Source: Eledone cirrhosa
Lineage: Eukaryota
Length of the DNA: 64,000 nt
Assembly: GCA_964016885.1 (NCBI GenBank)
Contig: OZ024743.1
Span: forward strand, 333,932,001-333,996,000
Direction of reading: 5' to 3'
Under the pieces are notes generated by a model, which worked only from the letters and a program-made list of their open reading frames with translations, was not told where the DNA came from and did no database searches. The position numbers and the translations under genes are program-made. Shown here in pieces: positions 9,691 through 20,522 of the stretch (position 1 is its first letter; each line of letters starts with the position of its first letter).

Positions 9691-12600
9691 ATGACCCTCC
9701 CCAAATATAACAATATCTGTTTCGACACACGATTTCATATAAAAAACCTCGCAAAACTAATTCATCGCCGCTATGGCATTAGCTTGTGCCAAGCTGAAAG
9801 GTTATTGAAAGACACTGTTTTCTGTTATATAAAAACTACAATAACAACAGAACAAATCCGCTTCTTAAAACACTGTGTTTCCTCCAAAACATACACAACA
9901 AACATATCAAAACAAGTAAATAATTTATTATTGAACAAAACACAAGCTGAACGGCTAAAACACACAATAACAGTTAATATGAAAAGAACAACATACACAA
10001 AAGTCAACGCACTCTACAGACAAAAACGCATCAACGGTAAGGAAATCCGAAATCTCATCACAGCAAACGAGAGAGATGACTTCATGAGCGTCATCCGACG
10101 CGAAACGAAATATGCTCAAAACGAATGCTGTAGGCATTTCAAGAAGAAATTAGAATGGATGAATAAGAAAAAACTACAAGAAAGGAAAATCGAATATTCT
10201 CAAAAATACCCAGATAACATCGACAACATCCGTATGAGTGATGTAAAACTACCGGAAGAATTTACCAATGACCACACAGTAAATATCTATGGGAACACTT
10301 TAATCAGTGAACAAGAACAACAAATCCTAAAGTTACCACCAAAATTTGCCATCTACAAAAAGATTAATCCTATGGAATGCAAAACGGAGCTGGAAAAGTG
10401 TTTCACAAAAATACGTTGGAATGCAAAGGTAAACAACAACAACAATAATAACGGTAGTAGTAATATAAACAATAACTCTGGGTATAGAAATAACAGCCAT
10501 AACCATAACAATGGCAGGAAAGTGAGAAATAGTGGTAATGGTAATAATACTAGCGATAGACAGAACAACAACAACCACAATAATAATAATAATAGAAACG
10601 TTAACCACAGACACAGCAACAGTGACCACAGTAGTAATAACGGTAACAATACGAACAACAACAACAACAATAACCACAGTGGTAATAATGGAAATAGTAC
10701 ATGTAGCAACATCAACAAAAACAAGAAACATAATAATAGTAACAACCACAGTGGTAGAAATAGCAGTAACAACAACAATAACGGTGAAGTAAACAACAAT
10801 ACATCTAGCAATCATAACAATAATAATATTAATGCTAAGGATAGAAACAACAACAACCACCATGATAACAATAATAGCAACACACACAACTATGACGATA
10901 GAAATAACGACAACCCCTTAGAGAAACTATTTTTCAACCCAGCTGACAAAACATATAAGATGGGTAATATCTATCCTACGAGGTTACCCTTTAATAAAAG
11001 AGTTTGCATACCACAACAAATAGATGACGAGACGGAGGCACAGTTCACCATAGCTAGAAATAAGATTAGACAAGTAGTAGACAGGTACACTATGAGACAG
11101 AGCAGACCAGAGGCCCAACAACTTGGGATAAAACCTGTAGAAGGCTTGGTTAGCCTCAAGCAGCGCACAAGGGATGGTGAGGTAGTGTGTCTACCCACAG
11201 ATAAGTCTGGTAGGATGTCAATAGATAGCATGCCGAACTACATCGAGGCAATGCAACCCCACATCACCAACACGAGCGAAGTTGCACAACTAACACACGA
11301 TGGGAGAGAAAAAATCCTCAACGCTCACATGATGATGTGGACTGACATCCTAAAGCCAAGCAGACGCACTGCCAACAACTTCCAGGCGTCTAACAATGGC
11401 ATACCACCCTTGTATGGGCTCCGCAAAGACCACAAGACAGTCGACGACCCGACAATAGGACCACCAACAAGACCTGTATGCGGAGCTAATATAGCTAGCA
11501 ACTACAGGATCTCCTACTTCCTCTCAATGGTTATACGCCCCATAATCAAGATGTCCCCAGATGTATGTGAAAGTACAGAGGACCTCCTCAGCAGAATCAG
11601 TGAGTGCAACAAAAACAGGAGCCTATCCAACTGCATAATAGGCAGCATGGATGTGGTGTCACTGTACCCATCCATTAACATTGATTTTGCTGTGAAAAGA
11701 TGTGTGGAGATGATCATTGAGAGTGAGGTGGAGTTCTGCGACGTCGACACAGACGAACTGGGCCTCCTACTTAGACTTACCTACGACACTGACTACCTAG
11801 ACAGCCATGACCTTAGATGTTTCTGCCCTAGTAGACCTATAAGAGGTAGACCCCCCACCATAACCTCAATGGCTAAAAAGACTCCCATAGGAAGGTGGAT
11901 TGGGTGGACCAAAGCTATACAGACCCCCCAAAACACTGATCAGGTAAGAAAAATGGTCGCACATGCAATAGGGGCTAGTATCAAAACTACCCTAAAGGGC
12001 CACATATTTAAGTTCAATGAGAAAATCTACACCCAAAATGAGGGAGCAGCCATCGGCGTCAGCATAGCTGGCGATGTTGCCAACCTTTTCATGGTATGGT
12101 GGGAAAGGAGACTTAAAGATCTCCTTAATGAAAGCTCCATAGACCTCATCATGTACTCTCGTTATGTAGACGATATCAATATAGTTATAAGAACACCCCC
12201 ACTAGAGAGCACTAACAAGTTTGATTTAGAACGTAGCACGATGGAAAGCATCCAGCAGATAGCTAATTCCATACACCAGAGTATAACTGTAACTATAGAC
12301 TTCCCTTCCAAACACCCTAACAATAGACTACCTGTATTAGACACAGAACTCTGGATTAACACTATAGACGAGAGAGCCCAAATTCTCCACTCACACTATG
12401 CTAAACCCATGGCCTCCAAATACCTGATACTCAAAAACTCAGCAATGTCCAGTAGTGCTAAGTTTAATATTCTGATCGCAGATTTGGTACGAGTGATGAA
12501 GAATGTGTCCAGCATGTGCGACCCAACAGAAATGGAAGGACACATCCAACACTTCATCAACCGCATGCAGTTCTCTGGCTACAACCAAAGAGACAGAGTC

Positions 12601-13320
12601 AGAGTATACGAAGGAGCCATGGAAAAGTATAAGACCCTCATAGAACTGGACATGAAAGGAATTTGCCCACTATACAGGAGCAAATCATGGAATAGCTTAG
12701 ATAGGGCTAGACATAAGATAGGGAAGACCACATCATGGTACGACAACCAGAGATATCAGAGTGTCATGTTTGTGGACGCCACCCCTGGAGGGAAATTAGC
12801 TAACCAGTGTAGAAAGGCCCTGAGAAAGACCCACTTAAAAATAAAGGTGGTAGAAAAGCCAGGAACCACCATAAAATCCCTGATCAGCAAAACCTACCCT
12901 TTTAAGAAAACCCACTGTACCAATAGGAAATGTATCATATGTAAGGTGAACCCCCGGATAAACTGTAAAACTAGAAACGTAGTCTATAGCATAAGATGTA
13001 CAGAGGGTACTTGTAGAAACACGACAACAACATACATAGGTGAGACAGCTCGTAGCATAGGTGAAAGGATAGACCAACACTGGGGGGAACTAAAAGGACG
13101 AAAAAACGGGTCAGTACTATACGAACATGCTAGACAACATCATGACGGTAACATAGACAACATAGAAATTAGAATAATATCTAAACATAGGAATGACCCA
13201 GCAGATAGGCAAATCAGAGAGGCCAGTGAAATAGAAATTAGAAGACCAAAGCTAAACAGAAAGAATGAGTGGAACAACAACAACACCCAAACAAACAACA
13301 CTGACCTAAGAGAAGTATAA
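9691..13320 (+). CDS. PLE reverse transcriptase + C-terminal GIY-YIG endonuclease, 1209 aa, intact (Neptune/Nematis-like)
   Basis: DKS (DKG motif), LYGLRKDHK, RPVC, SMDVVSLYPSI, QNEGAAIG, YSRYVDD and LPVLD. CxxxxCxxC linker and VVY..C..C..YIGET..R..H..H GIY-YIG/CCHH. Asn-rich tract at about aa 247-410. Confidence 0.95.
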   Translation: MTLPKYNNICFDTRFHIKNLAKLIHRRYGISLCQAERLLKDTVFCYIKTTITTEQIRFLKHCVSSKTYTTNISKQVNNLLLNKTQAERLKHTITVNMKRTTYTKVNALYRQKRINGKEIRNLITANERDDFMSVIRRETKYAQNECCRHFKKKLEWMNKKKLQERKIEYSQKYPDNIDNIRMSDVKLPEEFTNDHTVNIYGNTLISEQEQQILKLPPKFAIYKKINPMECKTELEKCFTKIRWNAKVNNNNNNNGSSNINNNSGYRNNSHNHNNGRKVRNSGNGNNTSDRQNNNNHNNNNNRNVNHRHSNSDHSSNNGNNTNNNNNNNHSGNNGNSTCSNINKNKKHNNSNNHSGRNSSNNNNNGEVNNNTSSNHNNNNINAKDRNNNNHHDNNNSNTHNYDDRNNDNPLEKLFFNPADKTYKMGNIYPTRLPFNKRVCIPQQIDDETEAQFTIARNKIRQVVDRYTMRQSRPEAQQLGIKPVEGLVSLKQRTRDGEVVCLPTDKSGRMSIDSMPNYIEAMQPHITNTSEVAQLTHDGREKILNAHMMMWTDILKPSRRTANNFQASNNGIPPLYGLRKDHKTVDDPTIGPPTRPVCGANIASNYRISYFLSMVIRPIIKMSPDVCESTEDLLSRISECNKNRSLSNCIIGSMDVVSLYPSINIDFAVKRCVEMIIESEVEFCDVDTDELGLLLRLTYDTDYLDSHDLRCFCPSRPIRGRPPTITSMAKKTPIGRWIGWTKAIQTPQNTDQVRKMVAHAIGASIKTTLKGHIFKFNEKIYTQNEGAAIGVSIAGDVANLFMVWWERRLKDLLNESSIDLIMYSRYVDDINIVIRTPPLESTNKFDLERSTMESIQQIANSIHQSITVTIDFPSKHPNNRLPVLDTELWINTIDERAQILHSHYAKPMASKYLILKNSAMSSSAKFNILIADLVRVMKNVSSMCDPTEMEGHIQHFINRMQFSGYNQRDRVRVYEGAMEKYKTLIELDMKGICPLYRSKSWNSLDRARHKIGKTTSWYDNQRYQSVMFVDATPGGKLANQCRKALRKTHLKIKVVEKPGTTIKSLISKTYPFKKTHCTNRKCIICKVNPRINCKTRNVVYSIRCTEGTCRNTTTTYIGETARSIGERIDQHWGELKGRKNGSVLYEHARQHHDGNIDNIEIRIISKHRNDPADRQIREASEIEIRRPKLNRKNEWNNNNTQTNNTDLREV

Positions 13321-13597
13321 ATAAATAAGTAAATTAAATTAAATAAAATAAGATAAATAAATACATACACAAGCACATAAACACACACTAGTCACCCAGC
13401 AGACAACACTATACACACTAGTCACACATCACACATCACACATAACACTATACACACACGCAAACGCATGCGCAAAGAAGACAAAATAAAATAAGATAAA
13501 CAAACAAGCAAATAAATAAATAAATATATAGACAGACTGAACAAAAAAAAAAATGGCGTAGACATACAACACAACAGGAGGAACAATGAATATAACA

Positions 13598-13636
13598 CCA
13601 CTGACGATGTTGCAGATGTGCAACGAAAGATTTATG
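13598..13636 (+). ncRNA. PLE pLTR minimal hammerhead ribozyme
   Basis: CA-CTGACGA-T-GTTGCA-GATG-TGCAAC-GAAA-GAT-TTA-TG. Stem II is a perfect 6 bp. Stem III is quasi-palindromic AGATTT (dimeric type). Stem I is short. Confidence 0.6.
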
Positions 13637-13823
13637 TAAACTATATATATATGTGTTTGTCTATATTGTATCTGTATTATTTTTGACCGCCGGTCAGTCA
13701 ATGGCAACATTGAGGACCGAGTAAGTTAGATCGCAGATATATATATATAAAAGACAGCGAGAAGCGAAAACCAACCAAACAGTGAGTGTGTTCTGTTATT
13801 AATTCTGGCAATATTACGCAAAT

Positions 13824-16800
13824 ATGACCCTCCCCAAATATAACAATATCTGTTTCGACACACGATTTCATATAAAAAACCTCGCAAAACTAATTCATCG
13901 CCGCTATGGCATTAGCTTGTGCCAAGCTGAAAGGTTATTGAAAGACACTGTTTTCTGTTATATAAAAACTACAATAACAACAGAACAAATCCGCTTCTTA
14001 AAACACTGTGTTTCCTCCAAAACATACACAACAAACATATCAAAACAAGTAAATAATTTATTATTGAACAAAACACAAGCTGAACGGCTAAAACACACAA
14101 TAACAGTTAATATGAAAAGAACAACATACACAAAAGTCAACGCACTCTACAGACAAAAACGCATCAACGGTAAGGAAATCCGAAATCTCATCACAGCAAA
14201 CGAGAGAGATGACTTCATGAGCGTCATCCGACGCGAAACGAAATATGCTCAAAACGAATGCTGTAGGCATTTCAAGAAGAAATTAGAATGGATGAATAAG
14301 AAAAAACTACAAGAAAGGAAAATCGAATATTCTCAAAAATACCCAGATAACATCGACAACATCCGTATGAGTGATGTAAAACTACCGGAAGAATTTACCA
14401 ATGACCACACAGTAAATATCTATGGGAACACTTTAATCAGTGAACAAGAACAACAAATCCTAAAGTTACCACCAAAATTTGCCATCTACAAAAAGATTAA
14501 TCCTATGGAATGCAAAACGGAGCTGGAAAAGTGTTTCACAAAAATACGTTGGAATGCAAAGGTAAACAACAACAACAATAATAACGGTAGTAGTAATATA
14601 AACAATAACTCTGGGTATAGAAATAACAGCCATAACCATAACAATGGCAGGAAAGTGAGAAATAGTGGTAATGGTAATAATACTAGCGATAGACAGAACA
14701 ACAACAACCACAATAATAATAATAATAGAAACGTTAACCACAGACACAGCAACAGTGACCACAGTAGTAATAACGGTAACAATACGAACAACAACAACAA
14801 CAATAACCACAGTGGTAATAATGGAAATAGTACATGTAGCAACATCAACAAAAACAAGAAACATAATAATAGTAACAACCACAGTGGTAGAAATAGCAGT
14901 AACAACAACAATAACGGTGAAGTAAACAACAATACATCTAGCAATCATAACAATAATAATATTAATGCTAAGGATAGAAACAACAACAACCACCATGATA
15001 ACAATAATAGCAACACACACAACTATGACGATAGAAATAACGACAACCCCTTAGAGAAACTATTTTTCAACCCAGCTGACAAAACATATAAGATGGGTAA
15101 TATCTATCCTACGAGGTTACCCTTTAATAAAAGAGTTTGCATACCACAACAAATAGATGACGAGACGGAGGCACAGTTCACCATAGCTAGAAATAAGATT
15201 AGACAAGTAGTAGACAGGTACACTATGAGACAGAGCAGACCAGAGGCCCAACAACTTGGGATAAAACCTGTAGAAGGCTTGGTTAGCCTCAAGCAGCGCA
15301 CAAGGGATGGTGAGGTAGTGTGTCTACCCACAGATAAGTCTGGTAGGATGTCAATAGATAGCATGCCGAACTACATCGAGGCAATGCAACCCCACATCAC
15401 CAACACGAGCGAAGTTGCACAACTAACACACGATGGGAGAGAAAAAATCCTCAACGCTCACATGATGATGTGGACTGACATCCTAAAGCCAAGCAGACGC
15501 ACTGCCAACAACTTCCAGGCGTCTAACAATGGCATACCACCCTTGTATGGGCTCTGCAAAGACCACAAGACAGTCGACGACCCGACAATAGGACCACCAA
15601 CAAGACCTGTATGCGGAGCTAATATAGCTAGCAACTACAGGATCTCCTACTTCCTCTCAATGGTTATACGCCCCATAATCAAGATGTCCCCAGATGTATG
15701 TGAAAGTACAGAGGACCTCCTCAGCAGAATCAGTGAGTGCAACAAAAACAGGAGCCTATCCAACTGCATAATAGGCAGCATGGATGTGGTGTCACTGTAC
15801 CCATCCATTAACATTGATTTTGCTGTGAAAAGATGTGTGGAGATGATCATTGAGAGTGAGGTGGAGTTCTGCGACGTCGACACAGACGAACTGGGCCTCC
15901 TACTTAGACTTACCTACGACACTGACTACCTAGACAGCCATGACCTTAGATGTTTCTGCCCTAGTAGACCTATAAGAGGTAGACCCCCCACCATAACCTC
16001 AATGGCTAAAAAGACTCCCATAGGAAGGTGGATTGGGTGGACCAAAGCTATACGGACCCCCCAAAACACTGATCAGGTAAGAAAAATGGTCGCACATGCA
16101 ATAGGGGCTAGTATCAAAACTACCCTAAAGGGCCACATATTTAAGTTCAATGAGAAAATCTACACCCAAAATGAGGGAGCAGCCATCGGCGTCAGCATAG
16201 CTGGCGATGTTGCCAACCTTTTCATGGTATGGTGGGAAAGGAGACTTAAAGATCTCCTTAATGAAAGCTCCATAGACCTCATCATGTACTCTCGTTATGT
16301 AGACGATATCAATATAGTTATAAGAACACCCCCACTAGAGAGCACTAACAAGTTTGATTTAGAACGTAGCACGATGGAAAGCATCCAGCAGATAGCTAAT
16401 TCCATACACCAGAGTATAACTGTAACTATAGACTTCCCTTCCAAACACCCTAACAATAGACTACCTGTATTAGACACAGAACTCTGGATTAACACTATAG
16501 ACGAGAGAGCCCAAATTCTCCACTCACACTATGCTAAACCCATGGCCTCCAAATACCTGATACTCAAAAACTCAGCAATGTCCAGTAGTGCTAAGTTTAA
16601 TATTCTGATCGCAGATTTGGTACGAGTGATGAAGAATGTGTCCAGCATGTGCGACCCAACAGAAATGGAAGGACACATCCAACACTTCATCAACCGCATG
16701 CAGTTCTCTGGCTACAACCAAAGAGACAGAGTCAGAGTATACGAAGGAGCCATGGAAAAGTATAAGACCCTCATAGAACTGGACATGAAAGGAATTTGCC

Positions 16801-17453
16801 CACTATACAGGAGCAAATCATGGAATAGCTTAGATAGGGCTAGACATAAGATAGGGAAGACCACATCATGGTACGACAACCAGAGATATCAGAGTGTCAT
16901 GTTTGTGGACGCCACCCCTGGAGGGAAATTAGCTAACCAGTGTAGAAAGGCCCTGAGAAAGACCCACTTAAAAATAAAGGTGGTAGAAAAGCCAGGAACC
17001 ACCATAAAATCCCTGATCAGCAAAACCTACCCTTTTAAGAAAACCCACTGTACCAATAGGAAATGTATCATATGTAAGGTGAACCCCCGGATAAACTGTA
17101 AAACTAGAAACGTAGTCTATAGCATAAGATGTACAGAGGGTACTTGTAGAAACACGACAACAACATACATAGGTGAGACAGCTCGTAGCATAGGTGAAAG
17201 GATAGACCAACACTGGGGGGAACTAAAAGGACGAAAAAACGGGTCAGTACTATACGAACATGCTAGACAACATCATGACGGTAACATAGACAACATAGAA
17301 ATTAGAATAATATCTAAACATAGGAATGACCCAGCAGATAGGCAAATCAGAGAGGCCAGTGAAATAGAAATTAGAAGACCAAAGCTAAACAGAAAGAATG
17401 AGTGGAACAACAACAACACCCAAACAAACAACACTGACCTAAGAGAAGTATAA
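13824..17453 (+). CDS. Second intact PLE RT + GIY-YIG ORF, 1209 aa
   Basis: Matches copy 1 except for two amino-acid changes found: R>C (C11422/T15555) and Q>R (A11921/G16054). Confidence 0.95.
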   Translation: MTLPKYNNICFDTRFHIKNLAKLIHRRYGISLCQAERLLKDTVFCYIKTTITTEQIRFLKHCVSSKTYTTNISKQVNNLLLNKTQAERLKHTITVNMKRTTYTKVNALYRQKRINGKEIRNLITANERDDFMSVIRRETKYAQNECCRHFKKKLEWMNKKKLQERKIEYSQKYPDNIDNIRMSDVKLPEEFTNDHTVNIYGNTLISEQEQQILKLPPKFAIYKKINPMECKTELEKCFTKIRWNAKVNNNNNNNGSSNINNNSGYRNNSHNHNNGRKVRNSGNGNNTSDRQNNNNHNNNNNRNVNHRHSNSDHSSNNGNNTNNNNNNNHSGNNGNSTCSNINKNKKHNNSNNHSGRNSSNNNNNGEVNNNTSSNHNNNNINAKDRNNNNHHDNNNSNTHNYDDRNNDNPLEKLFFNPADKTYKMGNIYPTRLPFNKRVCIPQQIDDETEAQFTIARNKIRQVVDRYTMRQSRPEAQQLGIKPVEGLVSLKQRTRDGEVVCLPTDKSGRMSIDSMPNYIEAMQPHITNTSEVAQLTHDGREKILNAHMMMWTDILKPSRRTANNFQASNNGIPPLYGLCKDHKTVDDPTIGPPTRPVCGANIASNYRISYFLSMVIRPIIKMSPDVCESTEDLLSRISECNKNRSLSNCIIGSMDVVSLYPSINIDFAVKRCVEMIIESEVEFCDVDTDELGLLLRLTYDTDYLDSHDLRCFCPSRPIRGRPPTITSMAKKTPIGRWIGWTKAIRTPQNTDQVRKMVAHAIGASIKTTLKGHIFKFNEKIYTQNEGAAIGVSIAGDVANLFMVWWERRLKDLLNESSIDLIMYSRYVDDINIVIRTPPLESTNKFDLERSTMESIQQIANSIHQSITVTIDFPSKHPNNRLPVLDTELWINTIDERAQILHSHYAKPMASKYLILKNSAMSSSAKFNILIADLVRVMKNVSSMCDPTEMEGHIQHFINRMQFSGYNQRDRVRVYEGAMEKYKTLIELDMKGICPLYRSKSWNSLDRARHKIGKTTSWYDNQRYQSVMFVDATPGGKLANQCRKALRKTHLKIKVVEKPGTTIKSLISKTYPFKKTHCTNRKCIICKVNPRINCKTRNVVYSIRCTEGTCRNTTTTYIGETARSIGERIDQHWGELKGRKNGSVLYEHARQHHDGNIDNIEIRIISKHRNDPADRQIREASEIEIRRPKLNRKNEWNNNNTQTNNTDLREV

Positions 17454-17730
17454 ATAAATAAGTAAATTAAATTAAATAAAATAAGATAAATAAATACATA
17501 CACAAGCACATAAACACACACTAGTCACCCAGCAGACAACACTATACACACTAGTCACACATCACACATCACACATAACACTATACACACACGCAAACGC
17601 ATGCGCAAAGAAGACAAAATAAAATAAGATAAACAAACAAGCAAATAAATAAATAAATATATAGACAGACTGAACAAAAAAAAAAATGGCGTAGACATAC
17701 AACACAACAGGAGGAACAATGAATATAACA

Positions 17731-17769
17731 CCACTGACGATGTTGCAGATGTGCAACGAAAGATTTATG
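17731..17769 (+). ncRNA. PLE pLTR hammerhead motif (second unit)
   Basis: Identical to 13598-13636 shifted by +4133. Confidence 0.6.
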
Positions 17770-18140
17770 TAAACTATATATATATGTGTTTGTCTATATT
17801 GTATCTGTATTATTTTTGACCGCCGGTCAGTCAATGGCAACATTGAGGACCGAGTAAGTTAGATCGCAGATATATATATATAAAAGACAGCGAGAAGCGA
17901 AAACCAACCAAACAGTGAGTGTGTTCTGTTATTAATTCTGGCAATATTACGCAAATATGACCCTCCCCAAATATAACAATATCTGTTTCGACACACGATT
18001 TCATATAAAAAACCTCGCAAAACTAATATATATATATATATATATATATATAATGAAAAATTTGAACAGGGACAGAACAGAGAGGCAGTACAATAAATGT
18101 TTATTAAATTCACGCTCAGGAGAGTGGGGGGTAGGTGGGG

Positions 18141-18174
18141 GACGACGTTTCGGGCATAAGCCCTTCCTCAGGTG
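18141..18174 (-). ncRNA. Minimal HHR in PLE pLTR
   Basis: CAC-CTGAGGA-A-GGGC-TTAT-GCCC-GAAAC-GTC-GTC. Stem I is weak. Confidence 0.65.
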
Positions 18175-18453
18175 AGAAGTGTGTGGGAACAGAGTTCAAA
18201 AGGTGTGTAGGGGAGTGGTGGAGAGACATATAGCGAAAGGAAACGGTGCGAATGAAAAATTAACAAATGAAGACAAAAAATATAATATATATAGTTAAAA
18301 GAATAGAGGTGTAACACACAAGTTATTATATATTGGTAAACGGAATAGAAAATGCTGACAAATTGTTCACAGTTGAAAAATGGTTTAATTAGGAATAAAA
18401 GAGTATTAGTGATTGTATGGGTTAGTATTCAGTTGTGGTTTTAAGTTTTAAGT

Positions 18454-18491
18454 TTTTACCGGTTGCGCATTTCTAAATGCTTTTCAAAAAT
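18454..18491 (-). ncRNA. HHR-like motif with U3-A8 core (A13C defect); inverted copy at ~20235-20271 (+)
   Basis: TTT-TTGAAAA-GCATT-TAGA-AATGC-GCAAC-CG-GTA-AAA. Confidence 0.45.
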
Positions 18492-18794
18492 AATTTTGAG
18501 ATAGAGTGTCCGTGCTGTTTGCTCTGATCTGATTAGTTTTGGGAATTCTACCTGTTTTTATGTTAAAAAAGTGGCTCCAATTTGCAAAAATTCTTGTGGT
18601 CAAAACAATTTTGATTGGTCGGTAGAGTTCATGTGAATGTAAAAAATTGATTTTGCGCCAAGACTGTTTTTATGTTAAAAAAGTGGCTCCAGCAAAAATT
18701 CTTGTGGTCAAAAACAATTTTGATTGTCGGTAGAGGTCATGTGAATAAAAAATTGGTTTTGCGCCAAGATGGAGAAATGACTCTTTCACAACAA

Positions 18795-18842
<48 letters not shown>

Positions 18843-19036
18843 TAGTAGTAGTAAGGTGTTCGATGTTGTGATAATGGTTAGCAGCGATGTGTGTCAAATG
18901 GCTATTAAGATAAGTGTGTGTGTGTGTGTGTGTGTGTATAGCAGAGTAATTTGTGGTGGCAGGGATGGTCAGTAAGAATGTGTCTGAAAGCATGTCAAAA
19001 GATATTTTTCAGCTTTTGTCTTATACGGAGAAGTGC

Positions 19037-19067
<31 letters not shown>

Positions 19068-19305
19068 TGTGTGTGTGTATATATAAGTCTCTTTGTATGT
19101 TGATGTACGCGTGTGTATGTGTGTGTGTATATATGTGTGTGTGTGTGTGTGTGTGGGTGGACCAGTATTTTTTTCCCCCTGGTAAAATGGTGTACATTAT
19201 TCGATTTTTTCAGTAAAATTGGTTCTCTTAATAGAACATCAACAATCTTAACAAAAAAAGGTGTTAAATGATATTCACTATATATATATATACACACACA
19301 TATAT

Positions 19306-19361
<56 letters not shown>

Positions 19362-19483
19362 TATATTTTTTTGTGTTGCACCATAGAGCATGTGTGTTTA
19401 CGTATGTCATTGTGTTTATATGTGGGTAGAGATGTGTGCTGATGTAGGTATGTATGTTGACGTGTGTATGTTGTGGGTTCGTC

Positions 19484-20248
19484 TTAGGGAGAAGTGTTTA
19501 GACGGGGTCCGTATTTGTTAATGAAGTAAGATTCCTTGCTGATGCGCTGGATGTGGGTGGCATTATCTTTAAATTCGTAGAGGGGAAAGATTCTGAAGTT
19601 GGGATGATTTTGGGCGGCACAGGTATCAATGTGTTCACTCAGTGGTATTTTCCTGTATTCCCGTATTTTGATTTGGGATCTATGGACAGTCATGCGTTGG
19701 CGGAGGCTGTTTTTGGTCTGGCCTATGTATTGTTCTCGACAACCTGAACAAGTTAATACATATATTAGATTTTCCGATGCACATGTGAAATTGTGTTTTA
19801 CTATAAAACGTTGTCCATCTTTGAAATAGAATTCCGAACCCTCTATTAGGTTGATGCAAATGCCACAGTTGGGTCTATCGCATTTTTTTACTGTGGGTTT
19901 CGTTGTTGTGGTTGGCAGTACTTTGGCATGTGTTAAGATGTTTTTCATTGACTTGGATTGTCTTTTGCTCTTTATGATATCGTGTGTTCGTAGAATTTGG
20001 TTCATTCTATGGTCCTTTTTCAATACAGGGATGTTCTGGAGGATGGTGTCAAAGGCCTCATTGTTGAGGGGGTTGTGTGTGGAGATGTATGGAAGAGCTT
20101 TTAGTTTTGGTTGATTTACTTTAGGGTGTCTAAGGTCCTGGGTACTGAGTTTTAGGGCACGTTGGATTCCATTGTCAATTAGTGATGCAGGGTAGTCCCT
20201 GCCTATGAGTGTGTCCTTTAGTTCTTGTAGCCGATTTTTGAAAAGCAT
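19484..20248 (-). CDS. PLE RT-thumb/linker + GIY-YIG endonuclease fragment (Neptune-like)
   Basis: RDYP...CDRPNCGIC...FTCASENLIYVLTCSGCREQYIGQT...RMTVHRSQI...SEH...E...LN. Confidence 0.85.
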   Translation of the reverse strand: MLFKNRLQELKDTLIGRDYPASLIDNGIQRALKLSTQDLRHPKVNQPKLKALPYISTHNPLNNEAFDTILQNIPVLKKDHRMNQILRTHDIIKSKRQSKSMKNILTHAKVLPTTTTKPTVKKCDRPNCGICINLIEGSEFYFKDGQRFIVKHNFTCASENLIYVLTCSGCREQYIGQTKNSLRQRMTVHRSQIKIREYRKIPLSEHIDTCAAQNHPNFRIFPLYEFKDNATHIQRISKESYFINKYGPRLNTSP

Positions 20249-20389
20249 TTAGAAATGCGCAACCGGTAAAAACTTAAAAACTTAAAACCACAACTGAATA
20301 CTAACCCATACAATCACTAATACTCTTTTATTCCTAATTAAACCATTTTTCAACTGTGAACAATTTGTCAGCATTTTCTATTCCGTTTA

Positions 20390-20437
<48 letters not shown>

Positions 20438-20456
20438 CACACATAATCATACATAC

Positions 20457-20522
<66 letters not shown>

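Larger units (their letters stand above)
7727..18027. mobile_element. Young Penelope-like retroelement array: inverted 5'-truncated copy (7727-9491, minus) plus two tandem 4133-bp units and pLTR tail (9499-18027, plus), both ends in (TA)n
   Basis: Period 4133 (ORF starts at 9691/13824/17957). Mirror symmetry with coordinate sum 21576 (8256 pairs with 13320). A 7-nt linker TATGATA lies at 9492-9498. Both 3' tails run into the ORF start and then (TA)n. Confidence 0.95.
18053..20396 (-). mobile_element. 5'-truncated Neptune-like PLE with long microsatellite-rich 3'UTR and an inverted pLTR piece at its 5' end
   Basis: GIY-YIG ORF at 19484-20248. 20235-20396 is the reverse complement of ~18329-18490. 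It is flanked by (TA)n. Confidence 0.85.

Noticed and set aside
10333-15020. Hydrophobic Val/Ile/Leu-rich minus-strand ORFs resembling membrane proteins
   Set aside because: They are the antisense reading of the AAY Asn tract in the PLE ORF.
17957-18175. 72-aa ORF starting like the PLE protein
   Set aside because: It is the pLTR tail (first ~24 codons) running into (TA)n.
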